Assembly: GCA_964626665.1 (NCBI GenBank)
Contig: CAZVGK010000001.1
Location: 32,001 to 96,000 of the forward strand
DNA: 64,000 bases
Origin: an uncultured Gemmatimonadota bacterium
GTDB taxonomy: Bacteria; SM23-81; DAOVCL01
Direction: 5' to 3'
Shown: positions 18,410 through 28,516 of the stretch, one piece after another
Layout of the letters: each line of letters begins with the position of its first letter
How positions within the stretch are numbered: position 1 is the stretch's first letter
Made by a program: the position numbers and the translations under genes
Notes under the pieces: generated by a model
Told to the model about the DNA's origin: nothing
Seen by the model: only the letters and a program-made list of their open reading frames with translations
Databases searched by the model: none

Positions 18410-19201
18410 ATGGGAGAAAAAGCAAAGATTTTGGTTGTTGATGATGAGATATCAGTTTGTAAGAGTATAGCCAGTGCATTAGAACCTGAACAGTATATTG
18501 TGGATATGGCACTTAGCGGAGAGGAGGCCCTGAAGAAGGAGGCAAAGAGCAAATATGATGTTATCGTTACAGATTTAATGATGCCGGGTATAAGCGGCAT
18601 GGAACTCCTGAAGAAGGTTAAAAAGGAAGGGCCCGGTGCAAAAGTAATAATGATTACTGGATATCCCTCAATTAAATCGGCTGTGGAGTCCATTAGATTG
18701 GGAGCTTTTGACTATATACCCAAACCATTCACCCCCAATGATCTACGGAGCCTTGTCTCCAGAGCCCTGGAAAGTAGGCGCTATCGTGAACGGGAGGTGG
18801 CTGGGGAAGCCGGGCCAAGGAAGAAAGAGGAAGAAAAGATTTCTGTTCCTCAGGGTTTATATTGTATTCCGGAGAATTCGTGGGCGATGATAGAGCAAGA
18901 CGGCAATGTACGCGTAGGGATACATCATGTTTTCCTGAGAACTATTGGAGAAATAACTTCCGTCGATCTTCCCAGAGAGAATGAAATAAGGTATCAGGGA
19001 GAAGCTTGTTCAAGAGTGACGGATTCTCACCTACATGTGCACAGGGTATGGACACCAGTTGGTGGGGAAGTTATTGCGGTAAATGAAGAAGTAGCAAGGG
19101 ATTACTCCAAATTGGTGAAAGACCCCTACAAAGAGGGGTGGACATTGCTAATGGCGCCTATACATTTAGATGAAGATTTGAGGAATTTAGTCCCTTCTTA
19201 A
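18410..19201 (+). CDS. response-regulator receiver fused to a GcvH-like domain lacking the lipoyl-Lys
   Basis: VVDDE/TDLMMPG/KPF; C-terminal VRVGI, PVGGEVIAVN and DPYKEGW. Confidence 0.88.
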   Translation: MGEKAKILVVDDEISVCKSIASALEPEQYIVDMALSGEEALKKEAKSKYDVIVTDLMMPGISGMELLKKVKKEGPGAKVIMITGYPSIKSAVESIRLGAFDYIPKPFTPNDLRSLVSRALESRRYREREVAGEAGPRKKEEEKISVPQGLYCIPENSWAMIEQDGNVRVGIHHVFLRTIGEITSVDLPRENEIRYQGEACSRVTDSHLHVHRVWTPVGGEVIAVNEEVARDYSKLVKDPYKEGWTLLMAPIHLDEDLRNLVPS

Positions 19202-19477
19202 GGCGCAAATTGCGGGACGAGAAACTAACCCCCCTTCTTGAAAATCCCCGCGGAGTTGAAAGAAATCCCCTGTTGCTGAGCCAAATTCCCGCTGTCGCAG
19301 CCATTAGTCTGCTCTCTATCGCCACCTATGAGGGCACAACTACTGTTGTGGTATATAGTCCTCCCCCATCAAGAGGAGGAAAGTGTTTAGAAATCCTGCT
19401 TATCTGCGTCCCATAGGATTTTCACTTTTAGACGGGATTGCCGGGATGAACAAGGTTCGTTAACACCGAAAATCATT

Positions 19478-22400
19478 TTGGATATTCCTAAAATCAAAAA
19501 CTTACTCCCTTCATTGAAAGCCCTCTTAGAAGGGCTTGATCCCACCACATTAGTGTATTTGGATAGCAATGGCCGATGGCTAAGGGACCCTCAGACTTTG
19601 AGAGACAGAATAGCCAATGAATTGTGGTTTAGAATCTGGGAGATAAAACTGAAGAGGGATTTCACCAAACAAATCAAAAGCATCATTTATCCCTTTATCC
19701 GAGATGAAGGCTCCTGGGATGTTACTTGTAGCGTTTTCCGTGGGATATTTGCTGAAAACTGTGAAGAAACTGACGACTTGCTTGTTATTATGGAAGTGCT
19801 CTATTTGCTAGTTGAATACGGTGCATACAAAACGGCCAGTGAGGCATATGTAGCTGATTGGGATGATAAAGGAAGGACAAGAAGAACCCAATACCTAAAA
19901 AAAGCCGAAGAATTCTTGGGTGACTTGAAGCGGATAGGGGGTGATAACTCCAAAGTTGATACCTTGTTCAAGATAATCGACCTACTAAAGGGAGATAAAG
20001 AATCCATCTTTAACAAGGTAAGTTTGATCATTGCTGAGGAGGAAAAGGTCAGGCAATATGTCAATGGTCTGCTCACCGACCTCAAGAGCGCTAAACAGGA
20101 AGATATTGTTAACGATTTGATTAACGGGGGGACAAGTTCAACACTTGGAATGATAACTACTGTGCCCGCGGCTCTTCTCCGCCCATGTTTGGCGTTGCTC
20201 ACTGATCCAGCCATTGATGTTTCCAGTGGCCTTCAATATGAGGCATCAATTATTTTGGGGAGGTTGAATGATCCCCGTTCTGCGGATACCCTGTTAAAGG
20301 CCTTGGAAACCTATGATCTAAAATACACCCATCTTAGGTGCAATTTAATATATGCTGCAGGTAATCTTAGACAGAAGAAGGCAGTAAGTCATCTCATTGA
20401 CATACTGGAGGGTCCTGATTCCATTGATGTTCGATCAAGTGACGGTTCCTTGGGGTATAATCAACCGTTGAGCTCGGAGAAACGTGAGGCTATCTGGGCA
20501 CTTGGCAAACTGGGAGCCAATGCGGTAGGGGTAATACCCGTGCTTATGAAGTGCATCGATATCGCAGATAGGGAAACACAACTTTGTCTGGCCTGGGCAA
20601 TGGGAATGATAGGCCGCGGACAGAAGGGGAAATTTGGAGGCATTGATGCAGGTATTGTAATAGCATTGTTGAACTTACTTATGGTTAAAGATGGCCAGAT
20701 ATTTGAAGAAGCCTCCTTTGCGTTAAGAGAATTGGATTTGCCTGATTTTCTTCATACCCTCTATCTACGCAACTTAGCCGCGGCCCCCGTGCTCTCCCTC
20801 AAACCGAGCAGCAACGGATTATACGAGCTTTCTGAAACCTTACTTCACCTGATGTCGATAAAGGGACTGGTTGTTATGGCAGTCACTGGCGACTCTGGAA
20901 CTGGTAAGACATATTTTTGTGAGGTAATAGCCAAGGGATTTGCTGGATTACGAGAAGATGAGATATTGTATCTCCTGAGGGATGATCCGGGACATATGAA
21001 GATATTTAACAGGATGCTGGGCATAAAATGGTTGAAGGGGAACGTTAGCCCGCAGTTTTACCAGGATTATTCGCTGACGGAATATGATGAGAACCCGGAT
21101 GAGTTTTTTGATGAATTTATCAGAGAATATTCACATAAGAAGCTAATTATTCTGGATGGATGGATGGACGAGGTATACTTTCAGCGCATAGTTGAAACCT
21201 TCTACGCCAAAGGCTATCTGGATATCGTAGTCAATTTTCGAACGACTTTCTCTACAAAGAGGCTCAACCTGGAAGAACGTGAGGGGTCATTAGAAAGCGT
21301 CCGCACTCATCTCTCCTATATCGAGGAGTCCGTGATTCAAGAGACGAGGCTTTATCGTGAAGGTCTCGTTCTCATATATGGTCTTGACAATTCGATACCG
21401 TCGCGGTTAAGCAGGGGAGAAATATTTGAGGTTTTCCAGAGAAAAAAGGTGGAAGCCTGGGGTGACTACATCAGGATCGGCAGGTTTGAGAGGGATGTCC
21501 AGCCATTGAGTATCGAGGATGGCACTTTATCGTCTCGCTGGGAGGAGATTATCTTTGAGATTGAGGGGATTTCCTCAGAGGGAGTTTCCCCCCTTACCCC
21601 CAATGAGGCAAGTTTTTCTCGCATATTGAATGAGGATATCGCTCAGGAGCCTAACCTTCTTCAAGTGATAAGGCTCAAGGATCTCAGCATCAATCGAATA
21701 GTATTCTATACGCAGGGGCAGATAGCCTACTGTGGCTATGACGGAAGTATTGGCATTCTCACAGGCCTGAATGACCGAATCCTCTATACCTATTTGTGCA
21801 ATAAGAAAGTAGATCGATTAACCATCGTTGATGGAGATATCTGGGCAGTTGATAGCGACGGAGATCTGAAGGTTGTATCTTTTCATAAAGCCACGATAAC
21901 AGATTTGGGGACAAGTAAATCCCCAATCTGTTCAATCGCTTCATTCCGGAGCGGCCGAGTAGTTACCGGACACTTTGATGGGACAATGAGAATATGGGAT
22001 ATTCAATCGAAACAAGTGAAAGTGATTAAAGGTTATGGGAATCCCATACTATCCCTGGCTGTCAATCGCCACGGAAGGATATTTTCAGGTGGCCAAGACA
22101 AAGAATTAAGGATGTGGGAGATAGAAAAGAATAGGGTGAAGATACTTGTTGGATATGAGGCCCCCATCGTGGCCATCGGTATATATCCTGATGGCAGAAT
22201 AGTAACAGGAAGTGGATTGGCCGACAAATCCGAGAATGGGAGGCCCAGAGGCAATGCTAAAATCAGGATAGTTGATTTTGAAACCGATACCTGCAGGATA
22301 TTCGCTCCCGGTGATACCGGATTGGTAAATGCAATTAATGCTTACTTTGATGGACGAGTTGTTGTTGGTTTAAAGGCCCCAGTCAATCGTGGTCCAGGAT

Positions 22401-22645
22401 GTAACCTCATCATTATAGACCCGCGTCCAGATTCCCCACAATATAAGACTTTGGGGGGGCATAGGCTTGAGACGAGGGATTGTATAACTATGGGGCCAAG
22501 GATCATTACCTCTGGAAGCGAAAGCGATTCTGAGCACACACTGCGCATCTGGGGCACAGAATCATATGTAAGAATGGAGTACGATAAATTAAGATTAATG
22601 CCTGAATCTATGGGTAAACCGCCCTATTATCGCACTCTCTTTTGA
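19478..22645 (+). CDS. large HEAT-repeat / P-loop / WD40 protein
   Basis: AIWALGKLG-type HEAT repeats; GDSGTGKT; GTMRIWD, ELRMWE and TLRIWG WD40 ends. Confidence 0.8.
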   Translation: MDIPKIKNLLPSLKALLEGLDPTTLVYLDSNGRWLRDPQTLRDRIANELWFRIWEIKLKRDFTKQIKSIIYPFIRDEGSWDVTCSVFRGIFAENCEETDDLLVIMEVLYLLVEYGAYKTASEAYVADWDDKGRTRRTQYLKKAEEFLGDLKRIGGDNSKVDTLFKIIDLLKGDKESIFNKVSLIIAEEEKVRQYVNGLLTDLKSAKQEDIVNDLINGGTSSTLGMITTVPAALLRPCLALLTDPAIDVSSGLQYEASIILGRLNDPRSADTLLKALETYDLKYTHLRCNLIYAAGNLRQKKAVSHLIDILEGPDSIDVRSSDGSLGYNQPLSSEKREAIWALGKLGANAVGVIPVLMKCIDIADRETQLCLAWAMGMIGRGQKGKFGGIDAGIVIALLNLLMVKDGQIFEEASFALRELDLPDFLHTLYLRNLAAAPVLSLKPSSNGLYELSETLLHLMSIKGLVVMAVTGDSGTGKTYFCEVIAKGFAGLREDEILYLLRDDPGHMKIFNRMLGIKWLKGNVSPQFYQDYSLTEYDENPDEFFDEFIREYSHKKLIILDGWMDEVYFQRIVETFYAKGYLDIVVNFRTTFSTKRLNLEEREGSLESVRTHLSYIEESVIQETRLYREGLVLIYGLDNSIPSRLSRGEIFEVFQRKKVEAWGDYIRIGRFERDVQPLSIEDGTLSSRWEEIIFEIEGISSEGVSPLTPNEASFSRILNEDIAQEPNLLQVIRLKDLSINRIVFYTQGQIAYCGYDGSIGILTGLNDRILYTYLCNKKVDRLTIVDGDIWAVDSDGDLKVVSFHKATITDLGTSKSPICSIASFRSGRVVTGHFDGTMRIWDIQSKQVKVIKGYGNPILSLAVNRHGRIFSGGQDKELRMWEIEKNRVKILVGYEAPIVAIGIYPDGRIVTGSGLADKSENGRPRGNAKIRIVDFETDTCRIFAPGDTGLVNAINAYFDGRVVVGLKAPVNRGPGCNLIIIDPRPDSPQYKTLGGHRLETRDCITMGPRIITSGSESDSEHTLRIWGTESYVRMEYDKLRLMPESMGKPPYYRTLF

Positions 22646-22679
22646 TATTTTGAGGAATGGGGTCGGCAATATTAGACAG

Positions 22680-23372
22680 ATGAATCCTTTTAAAAATCAG
22701 ACAGTTACCGCTATAGTTAAAATCATAGTAGCCCTACTTTTGGGACTTTTCGTCCTTATGGTTGGGGCATTTGTAATGTCCTTTGATGACCTACCTGAGC
22801 TGATAAGGTCCAATCATACAACTATGCTATTCCTCTCCTTCCTGATTATATTGATTTTGAGCAAGGGCAGAATCTCAACTTATGGTTTTAAGCTAACAAG
22901 GGACATTCAGTTAAAGCAGATCACTTTGTGGAGTCTGGGCATAGAGGCTGTGGGGACCTTAATACAATCATTTATCCCAGGAGAAGAGGCGACTTTTTTT
23001 GAGGAATTTTCTTTCCCCCGGATAGTAATCTCCATCTGGATCTATGCCAGCATCTGTGAAGAGGTTCTCACCCGAGGATTAATTCAGAGCTATTTGAACT
23101 CGTTGGCTAAATATGGGTTTACCCTGTTCAAAGCGAGAGTTAGCCTACCCGTGCTGGTAGCTGCCCTGTTTTTTGGCTCTATGCATCTTGCCCTGTTAAC
23201 GATGGGTGTAGGCGGTTTTGTGGTATTTACTATTGTTTTCTTTGCCTTTATCCTGGGAATTATCGCTGGTTATTACCGCGAAAAAACAGGGAGTATTATT
23301 CCTGCCATCATTATCCATATGGCCTTCAATATATCGGGGACGATTATAGGATTACTGACTAAACTTTTTTAG
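22680..23372 (+). CDS. CPBP (CAAX/Abi) intramembrane glutamic endopeptidase
   Basis: EEVLTRG, FGSMH and HMAFN motifs; ATG at 22680 preferred. Confidence 0.9.
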   Translation: MNPFKNQTVTAIVKIIVALLLGLFVLMVGAFVMSFDDLPELIRSNHTTMLFLSFLIILILSKGRISTYGFKLTRDIQLKQITLWSLGIEAVGTLIQSFIPGEEATFFEEFSFPRIVISIWIYASICEEVLTRGLIQSYLNSLAKYGFTLFKARVSLPVLVAALFFGSMHLALLTMGVGGFVVFTIVFFAFILGIIAGYYREKTGSIIPAIIIHMAFNISGTIIGLLTKLF

Positions 23373-23403
23373 GATGATATTCAAAGGAAGAGGAGGGTTT
23401 TTT

Positions 23404-24369
23404 ATGTTTCATATCCTGATTTCTTTGGTCCTGGTTCTCACCACCTCTGCTCAACCACAGGATAAGCTCTCTGCCGGAATTGAATCCTTTAAAGCCGGTA
23501 GATTCAATCAGGCCAAAGCCATCTTTGAAGAAATATTGAAGGCAGATCCGAAGGATGATCAAGCTCTCTTTTACCTTGGCCGATTGGATTTAGTGGAGGA
23601 TGATTACAGGGGTGCTACGCGTTACTTGGAAAAAGCCTTGAAGATCAATCCGCAGGAATCCGATTACCACCTCTGGCTGGGGCGGGCACTGGGAGAGAGA
23701 CTCCCCTATGTAGGGATATTTAAAAAGATAAAGCTATCGATGAGGATGAAGAAAGAGTTCGAAAAAGCGGTAGAGCTGGATTCAACCAGTATTCCTGCGC
23801 ATTTTCAAATGTTCTATCTCTATCTCCATTCACCACCTATGGCCGGAGGGGGAGTGGAAAAGGCTAAAAAGGAGGCAGAGATTATCAAAAGTCTTGATGA
23901 GGTGGAGGGTCATCTGGCATTTGCCGCACTCTATGATGAAGCCGGGGAGTTGGAAAAGGTAAGGGAAGAGTATAGAAGGGCACTTCAGCTTGCCCCGGAG
24001 GAAATTGAGGTAATATACAACTATGGCATATTTCTCCAGGGGCATAAGGAATATGATGAGGCTATTGGCTACTTCAATAAGATTCTGGAATTGGACCCTC
24101 AAAACTACAATGCCCATTATCAAATAGGAAAAACCCGCATCCTCGCTGAGAAAGACCTCACAGAAGCGAAGCATCACTTGGAGAAATGTTTAATAATGAA
24201 CTCAGCCGACCACCGATCACCATCCAAGGCTACGGTCCACTACCGATTGGGTCAGGTATATCACCTTCTGGATCAACTGGAGAAGGCTCGCCAAGAATGG
24301 GGAGAATCTCTCAGGCTTGAGCCCAATTTTAAGGAGGCAAAGGAATCCCTGAAAAAAGTTAAGAATTGA
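23404..24369 (+). CDS. secreted tetratricopeptide-repeat protein
   Basis: Signal-peptide-like N-terminus and multiple TPR units. Confidence 0.85.
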   Translation: MFHILISLVLVLTTSAQPQDKLSAGIESFKAGRFNQAKAIFEEILKADPKDDQALFYLGRLDLVEDDYRGATRYLEKALKINPQESDYHLWLGRALGERLPYVGIFKKIKLSMRMKKEFEKAVELDSTSIPAHFQMFYLYLHSPPMAGGGVEKAKKEAEIIKSLDEVEGHLAFAALYDEAGELEKVREEYRRALQLAPEEIEVIYNYGIFLQGHKEYDEAIGYFNKILELDPQNYNAHYQIGKTRILAEKDLTEAKHHLEKCLIMNSADHRSPSKATVHYRLGQVYHLLDQLEKARQEWGESLRLEPNFKEAKESLKKVKN

Positions 24370-24725
24370 AGCCAAACTTTAGGTTGTTACACCTGGGGTC
24401 TACATTTTCTACTTTAGAGGTTTTTCTAATTGCTCAAGCCTCTCCATCAACCCCAGATCCTTAACCCTTATTTTCTCCTCCGACATCTTGCAAACCCCCC
24501 TGTAATCTCGTTTAGGGTTAACCTTTTAAAATGTACCCTTTAGCCTCCAGATGTAGGAGCATTATGCTGAGGCAATCTACTCTTCAATTTCCACAATGCA
24601 ATTAGTCAAACATCTAATAGAGATATATTTGTGAGATTAGTTGGTAGGAACTTATGAACCTCTTCAGATTGAGGAAGGACCTCTAAGATGTCTTTGGGGG
24701 GGGGGTGCTGCTCAGATTTACGCAG

Positions 24726-25649
24726 TTAGAATTTGGCTTCTAAGGAGTAAATCTTGGCTGGTTGAGTGGCGACCTTCTCGGGCAGATAGGCAAAGCTGAA
24801 GCCAAACCTGAAGCTTTTATACCTCCGAGCCACCCCCCCTCCGAAAGTGAATCGGTCGTTGTTGTAGCCTAACCTCAGATTGAAATCCTTATATATCGTA
24901 AAATCAGCTCCGAGGTGATACCTCCAGGACTGCTTTAGATTCTTCTCCAAGTCAAAGGCAGTGAGCAACCTCTCACTAAGCAGCCAGTAGGAAATGCCTA
25001 TCCGATAGTTAACTGGGATGGTGTCTGTGGTCGTAGTTCCCCTTGCCCAGAGGTCCTTTGTGTCCCATTTATATCTGGATCTGATGTTTTGGATTGAGGC
25101 CCCAACGGAGAACTTCTTCTCCCTTCTGTAAATCCCTCCAAACCCCAGCCCTACGGTGTAGGCGCTTATCCCAACCACCTTCTGCTGGAAATACCTAATG
25201 GCCAGGCCAAAGGCCAGATGGGGAATTGTTCTTTTGGAAAAGCAGAAGGTAATAGCATTCTCATTATCGGAGAGCTTTTCCGTGGGTTGTCCATCTTCAT
25301 CCCGTCCATCGATATCATCCAGTCCAGCGCTGATCCATCCTATTCCCACCCCGGCTTCATGTCTCAAGGGTTGGACATATCCCAAATATTTGAACTTCCT
25401 ATCCAGGGAGAGTGCCCGATAAGCGGTGGTGAAGACCCTCTTCCTGATGAAGGAGGGAGCTGCTGGATTGTAGTGGATGGCAGAGGCATCATCGGCCACC
25501 GAGACAAAAGCTCCTCCCATACTGAGGGCCTTTGCCCCTGCTCCCATCCTTAAGAAGGCTCCTGCATATCCCCTCTCTTCGGCAGCCATCAGGCAAGGGT
25601 GAATGAAGAAGAGAAGAAGAAATAAGATGGGTATCTTTTTGGTATGCAC
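24726..25649 (-). CDS. PorV/PorQ (UPF0164) family outer-membrane beta-barrel
   Basis: FLRMGAGAKALSMGGAFVSVADDASAIHYNPA; C-terminal Phe. Confidence 0.88.
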   Translation of the reverse strand: MHTKKIPILFLLLFFIHPCLMAAEERGYAGAFLRMGAGAKALSMGGAFVSVADDASAIHYNPAAPSFIRKRVFTTAYRALSLDRKFKYLGYVQPLRHEAGVGIGWISAGLDDIDGRDEDGQPTEKLSDNENAITFCFSKRTIPHLAFGLAIRYFQQKVVGISAYTVGLGFGGIYRREKKFSVGASIQNIRSRYKWDTKDLWARGTTTTDTIPVNYRIGISYWLLSERLLTAFDLEKNLKQSWRYHLGADFTIYKDFNLRLGYNNDRFTFGGGVARRYKSFRFGFSFAYLPEKVATQPAKIYSLEAKF

Positions 25650-25659
25650 TTTTCCCCCT

Positions 25660-27597
25660 TTAGTCCATAACTACTATTTTGCCCCAGGCCACCCGTCCAT
25701 CGGCCCCCTCCACCTTGTAGAGATAAGCGCCATTGGCTACCCTGTCTCCCTTTCCGTTTTTCCCGTTCCAGTTTATCCCTCGGTCGCCTCTGGGATCTTC
25801 GGAACTGAGTGTTTTCACCAGATCCAGGGCCAGGTCGTAGATCTTAACCACCGTCCTGCCTGCTTTTGCTGTGTGATAGACAATCCTGATCGCCCCGGAA
25901 CGGGAAGGAGAGAAGGGATTGGGGAAAGCGTAGGTTGAGGGAGCCTTGTCAACTCCAATGGGCCCATAGGCTTTGATTATCCGCCAGCTTTTCCCATCGT
26001 CCTTAGATAGGGCCAAGCCCTGGTAAGTCCCCACCCAAACGGTTGTATCCTCCGACCTTTCCACCACTTTTACCGAGATCACCTCATCGATATAGATCCG
26101 GTCATTGCTTGGATAATCGACGATGTCGAAGAACTCCCAATGCCTACCTCCATCCCTTGACCTGATCAGCCCATGGTCGGTCGCCGCCCAGACCACGGAG
26201 TCCTGGAAGCTAAAGTTCCAGGCAGTATACCCCTCCATATAGTTTCGCCAGGTATTTCCCCCATCCTCAGTCTTCACAATTCCCGTAGACCCATTGTCCT
26301 TGTCCGTGGGCCTTGTCCCGGCCCAGAGAACCGTCTTCAAACTATCCTTCTGCCTATATTTTTGCACCCCTAAGCTGACCACGAAGTTCCCCGGGATGCG
26401 GGTCTGCTCAGAGTTATAGTTTACCCAGGTCTTCCCCTTATCTGCCGAGCGGTTGATCCCATCCGCGGTTCCAGCCCATATAGTATCACCACAGGTGACC
26501 ACGGAGAAAGCCCGCTGGTTGTAGTCGCTGTAACTGGGGTCAAAGGGCTTGTTATCTGGGGTGACCTTATCCCAAGTTAAGCCCCAATCGCTGCTTTTGG
26601 CCAGGCCTCCGTAGAATGCGGCGATCCAGACGGTGGTATCCTGCAGGGCAATATCATAGATGGGACGTCCCACATCAATGATCTTCTCCCCGAACTGGAA
26701 GCTATCGTTCTTTAACCAGAAGCCTGTGGAATCCTTGGCTGTTCTCACCTTGGCCCGCAGGATCCAATTCCCCCCCAGGCCGGTCTCCTCAGAGAAGTGC
26801 CATCTCCCCTGGGTGCCCCGGTAGATGAGGTTTCTTCCCTTGCTAATTCCCCGGGCATCCCGCCCAATGGAGAGAGGGGGGGGAGCCTCAAAGATGAGAC
26901 CAATCCTGAAAGAGGGTATATTAACTGTGATGGCCTCGGAAGTGAGGTCAATGTCGATAAATTTGGTTGTGTCCCCTTTTATTTCGTAGGACTTAGTGAA
27001 GATAGTGTCGCCTGGATTCTCCTTTCCCTCATCTTGCCAAATTCTCAAGAGAAAGGGGGCGGTTCCCTCTTTGCCTATATAGACCCTCACGGTGTCAATG
27101 GAGACAGGCAGGTTGGAGGTATCCACCTCGAAGACGGAAGCGAAGCAATCGCCCCTTTCAAATCCGGGTTGAAAGTAGTAGTTGCGAAAGATGTATTGGG
27201 TGGGAAAGGAAAACCAACTATCTCCCCCCTCTTTAGTCAGACTCAATCCTGCCCCAGCAGGGAAGTAGTCCTCCCCCACCTGCTCCCCATACCCTGTAGC
27301 TGCCCAGATGATATTGGGTTTCACCGAAGCTAAGGCAAAAATGTTGTCCCTGGCTAACCCATCCTCGGTGGTATAGGTTTTCCATCCCTGGGGGCCGAAG
27401 GGATCCCCCACCAGTTTGTTTATCCCACTTGAGGTTCCCACCCAGAGCGAGTCACCATCCCAATCAATATCCCCGATGCCATTTCCCGAGATCCTCCCCA
27501 GGGTCTCGGTGGCAAAATCCTTGGGGATCTGGGCGGATAAAGAGAGTGGGAAAAAAAGTAGGTGAATTATGGATAGAGTAATGATGCTCCTTAGCAT
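25660..27597 (-). CDS. secreted Asp-box (BNR) beta-propeller with FlgD-Ig/T9SS-like C-terminus
   Basis: Repeated SxDxGxTW; YAFPNPF...WNGKNGKGDRVANGAYLY. Confidence 0.82.
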   Translation of the reverse strand: MLRSIITLSIIHLLFFPLSLSAQIPKDFATETLGRISGNGIGDIDWDGDSLWVGTSSGINKLVGDPFGPQGWKTYTTEDGLARDNIFALASVKPNIIWAATGYGEQVGEDYFPAGAGLSLTKEGGDSWFSFPTQYIFRNYYFQPGFERGDCFASVFEVDTSNLPVSIDTVRVYIGKEGTAPFLLRIWQDEGKENPGDTIFTKSYEIKGDTTKFIDIDLTSEAITVNIPSFRIGLIFEAPPPLSIGRDARGISKGRNLIYRGTQGRWHFSEETGLGGNWILRAKVRTAKDSTGFWLKNDSFQFGEKIIDVGRPIYDIALQDTTVWIAAFYGGLAKSSDWGLTWDKVTPDNKPFDPSYSDYNQRAFSVVTCGDTIWAGTADGINRSADKGKTWVNYNSEQTRIPGNFVVSLGVQKYRQKDSLKTVLWAGTRPTDKDNGSTGIVKTEDGGNTWRNYMEGYTAWNFSFQDSVVWAATDHGLIRSRDGGRHWEFFDIVDYPSNDRIYIDEVISVKVVERSEDTTVWVGTYQGLALSKDDGKSWRIIKAYGPIGVDKAPSTYAFPNPFSPSRSGAIRIVYHTAKAGRTVVKIYDLALDLVKTLSSEDPRGDRGINWNGKNGKGDRVANGAYLYKVEGADGRVAWGKIVVMD

Positions 27598-27608
27598 GGA
27601 AATAGCTC

Positions 27609-28346
27609 CTATTTAGGGTTTATAGTGAAATACGAGGTGTCTGGCTGACTTTCCAACCCACTTCTATCTTTAGCAATGAAAACCCAAGTATAGGTTCCAA
27701 CCCAAAAGGTATCGGGTGGAAAGGGAATCATCATTGAAAAGACATTGTCATCTTCAACTTTATCACAGGAGTAAGGATGTGTGCCACCGTCATTGAACAA
27801 GTAAAAGGGACTTAACTTTGCCTCTTCTCCATTGGGTATAAAACTATGAAAACGGACATCATTGACATCGCTCCAACCCTGGTGATCATTTATCTGAGCA
27901 TAGATATATATGGTACCCTGGGCAATAGAGTCAATGGAGGAGGGGCTAACAGTTACGCTTTCTATCCAGGGTGGCTGGTTCTTCCCTGGCAGGGCCCAAT
28001 CCTGGTTGGAGTATTCGCTCTCTCCCTGAGAGTAAAAAGCAGTTACAACATAGTAGTAGATGATGTCATCTGTAACGGTGATATCGGCATATTCTGGCTG
28101 GGGCATCTTCTCGATCGTAGCAATGGAAGAATAGCCTTCGCCAGATTTTTTCCTGTATAGCTTATACCCGGTCACCCCTTCAGCCTTAGGAACCTGCCAG
28201 CTAAGATAGACTCTCCCCTCCAGCCCGGAATCGGCCACGAGGTTAAAGGGGGGCTCTAAATATTTTTCCTTTACAGGATTTTTGCCGCATTGAAGCCAGG
28301 CAAAAGAGAGGAAGATCAGGACGAATGGCAGAACTTTTCTTAACAT
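27609..28346 (-). CDS. lipoprotein with fibronectin type III domain
   Basis: Signal ending WLQC; LSWQ...GYKLYR...YYYVVTA...GES. Confidence 0.78.
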   Translation of the reverse strand: MLRKVLPFVLIFLSFAWLQCGKNPVKEKYLEPPFNLVADSGLEGRVYLSWQVPKAEGVTGYKLYRKKSGEGYSSIATIEKMPQPEYADITVTDDIIYYYVVTAFYSQGESEYSNQDWALPGKNQPPWIESVTVSPSSIDSIAQGTIYIYAQINDHQGWSDVNDVRFHSFIPNGEEAKLSPFYLFNDGGTHPYSCDKVEDDNVFSMMIPFPPDTFWVGTYTWVFIAKDRSGLESQPDTSYFTINPK

Positions 28347-28455
28347 TTCTCACCTCCCCCTGTTGGTTGGGAAGTTAACCAAATTTGAACTCGGATACCG
28401 AGCTGCGGAAACCTATTTCTGCCACATTTGCCAACAGGCCGTAAACAACCCCCCC

Positions 28456-28484
28456 ATAATAAAGGGTCAAACCAAGCCTGTCAA
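28456..28484 (-). promoter_or_regulatory. sigma70-like promoter of the lipoprotein-propeller-porV unit
   Basis: TTGACA-17 nt-TATTAT on the minus strand. Confidence 0.6.
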
Positions 28485-28516
28485 GCCAATTTAATTCCAT
28501 TCTTACTTTAAGGGCG

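Noticed and set aside
18410-19201. Functional glycine cleavage H protein
   Set aside because: No lipoyl-Lys, fused to a receiver domain, and no gcvP or gcvT nearby.
19210-19416. 68-aa ORF between REC-GcvH and the HEAT/WD40 gene
   Set aside because: TTG start without a clear SD and no motif.
24409-24486. 25-aa minus-strand sORF (MSEEKIRVKDLGLMERLEQLEKPLK)
   Set aside because: It has a G-rich upstream stretch but is too short to support without homologs.
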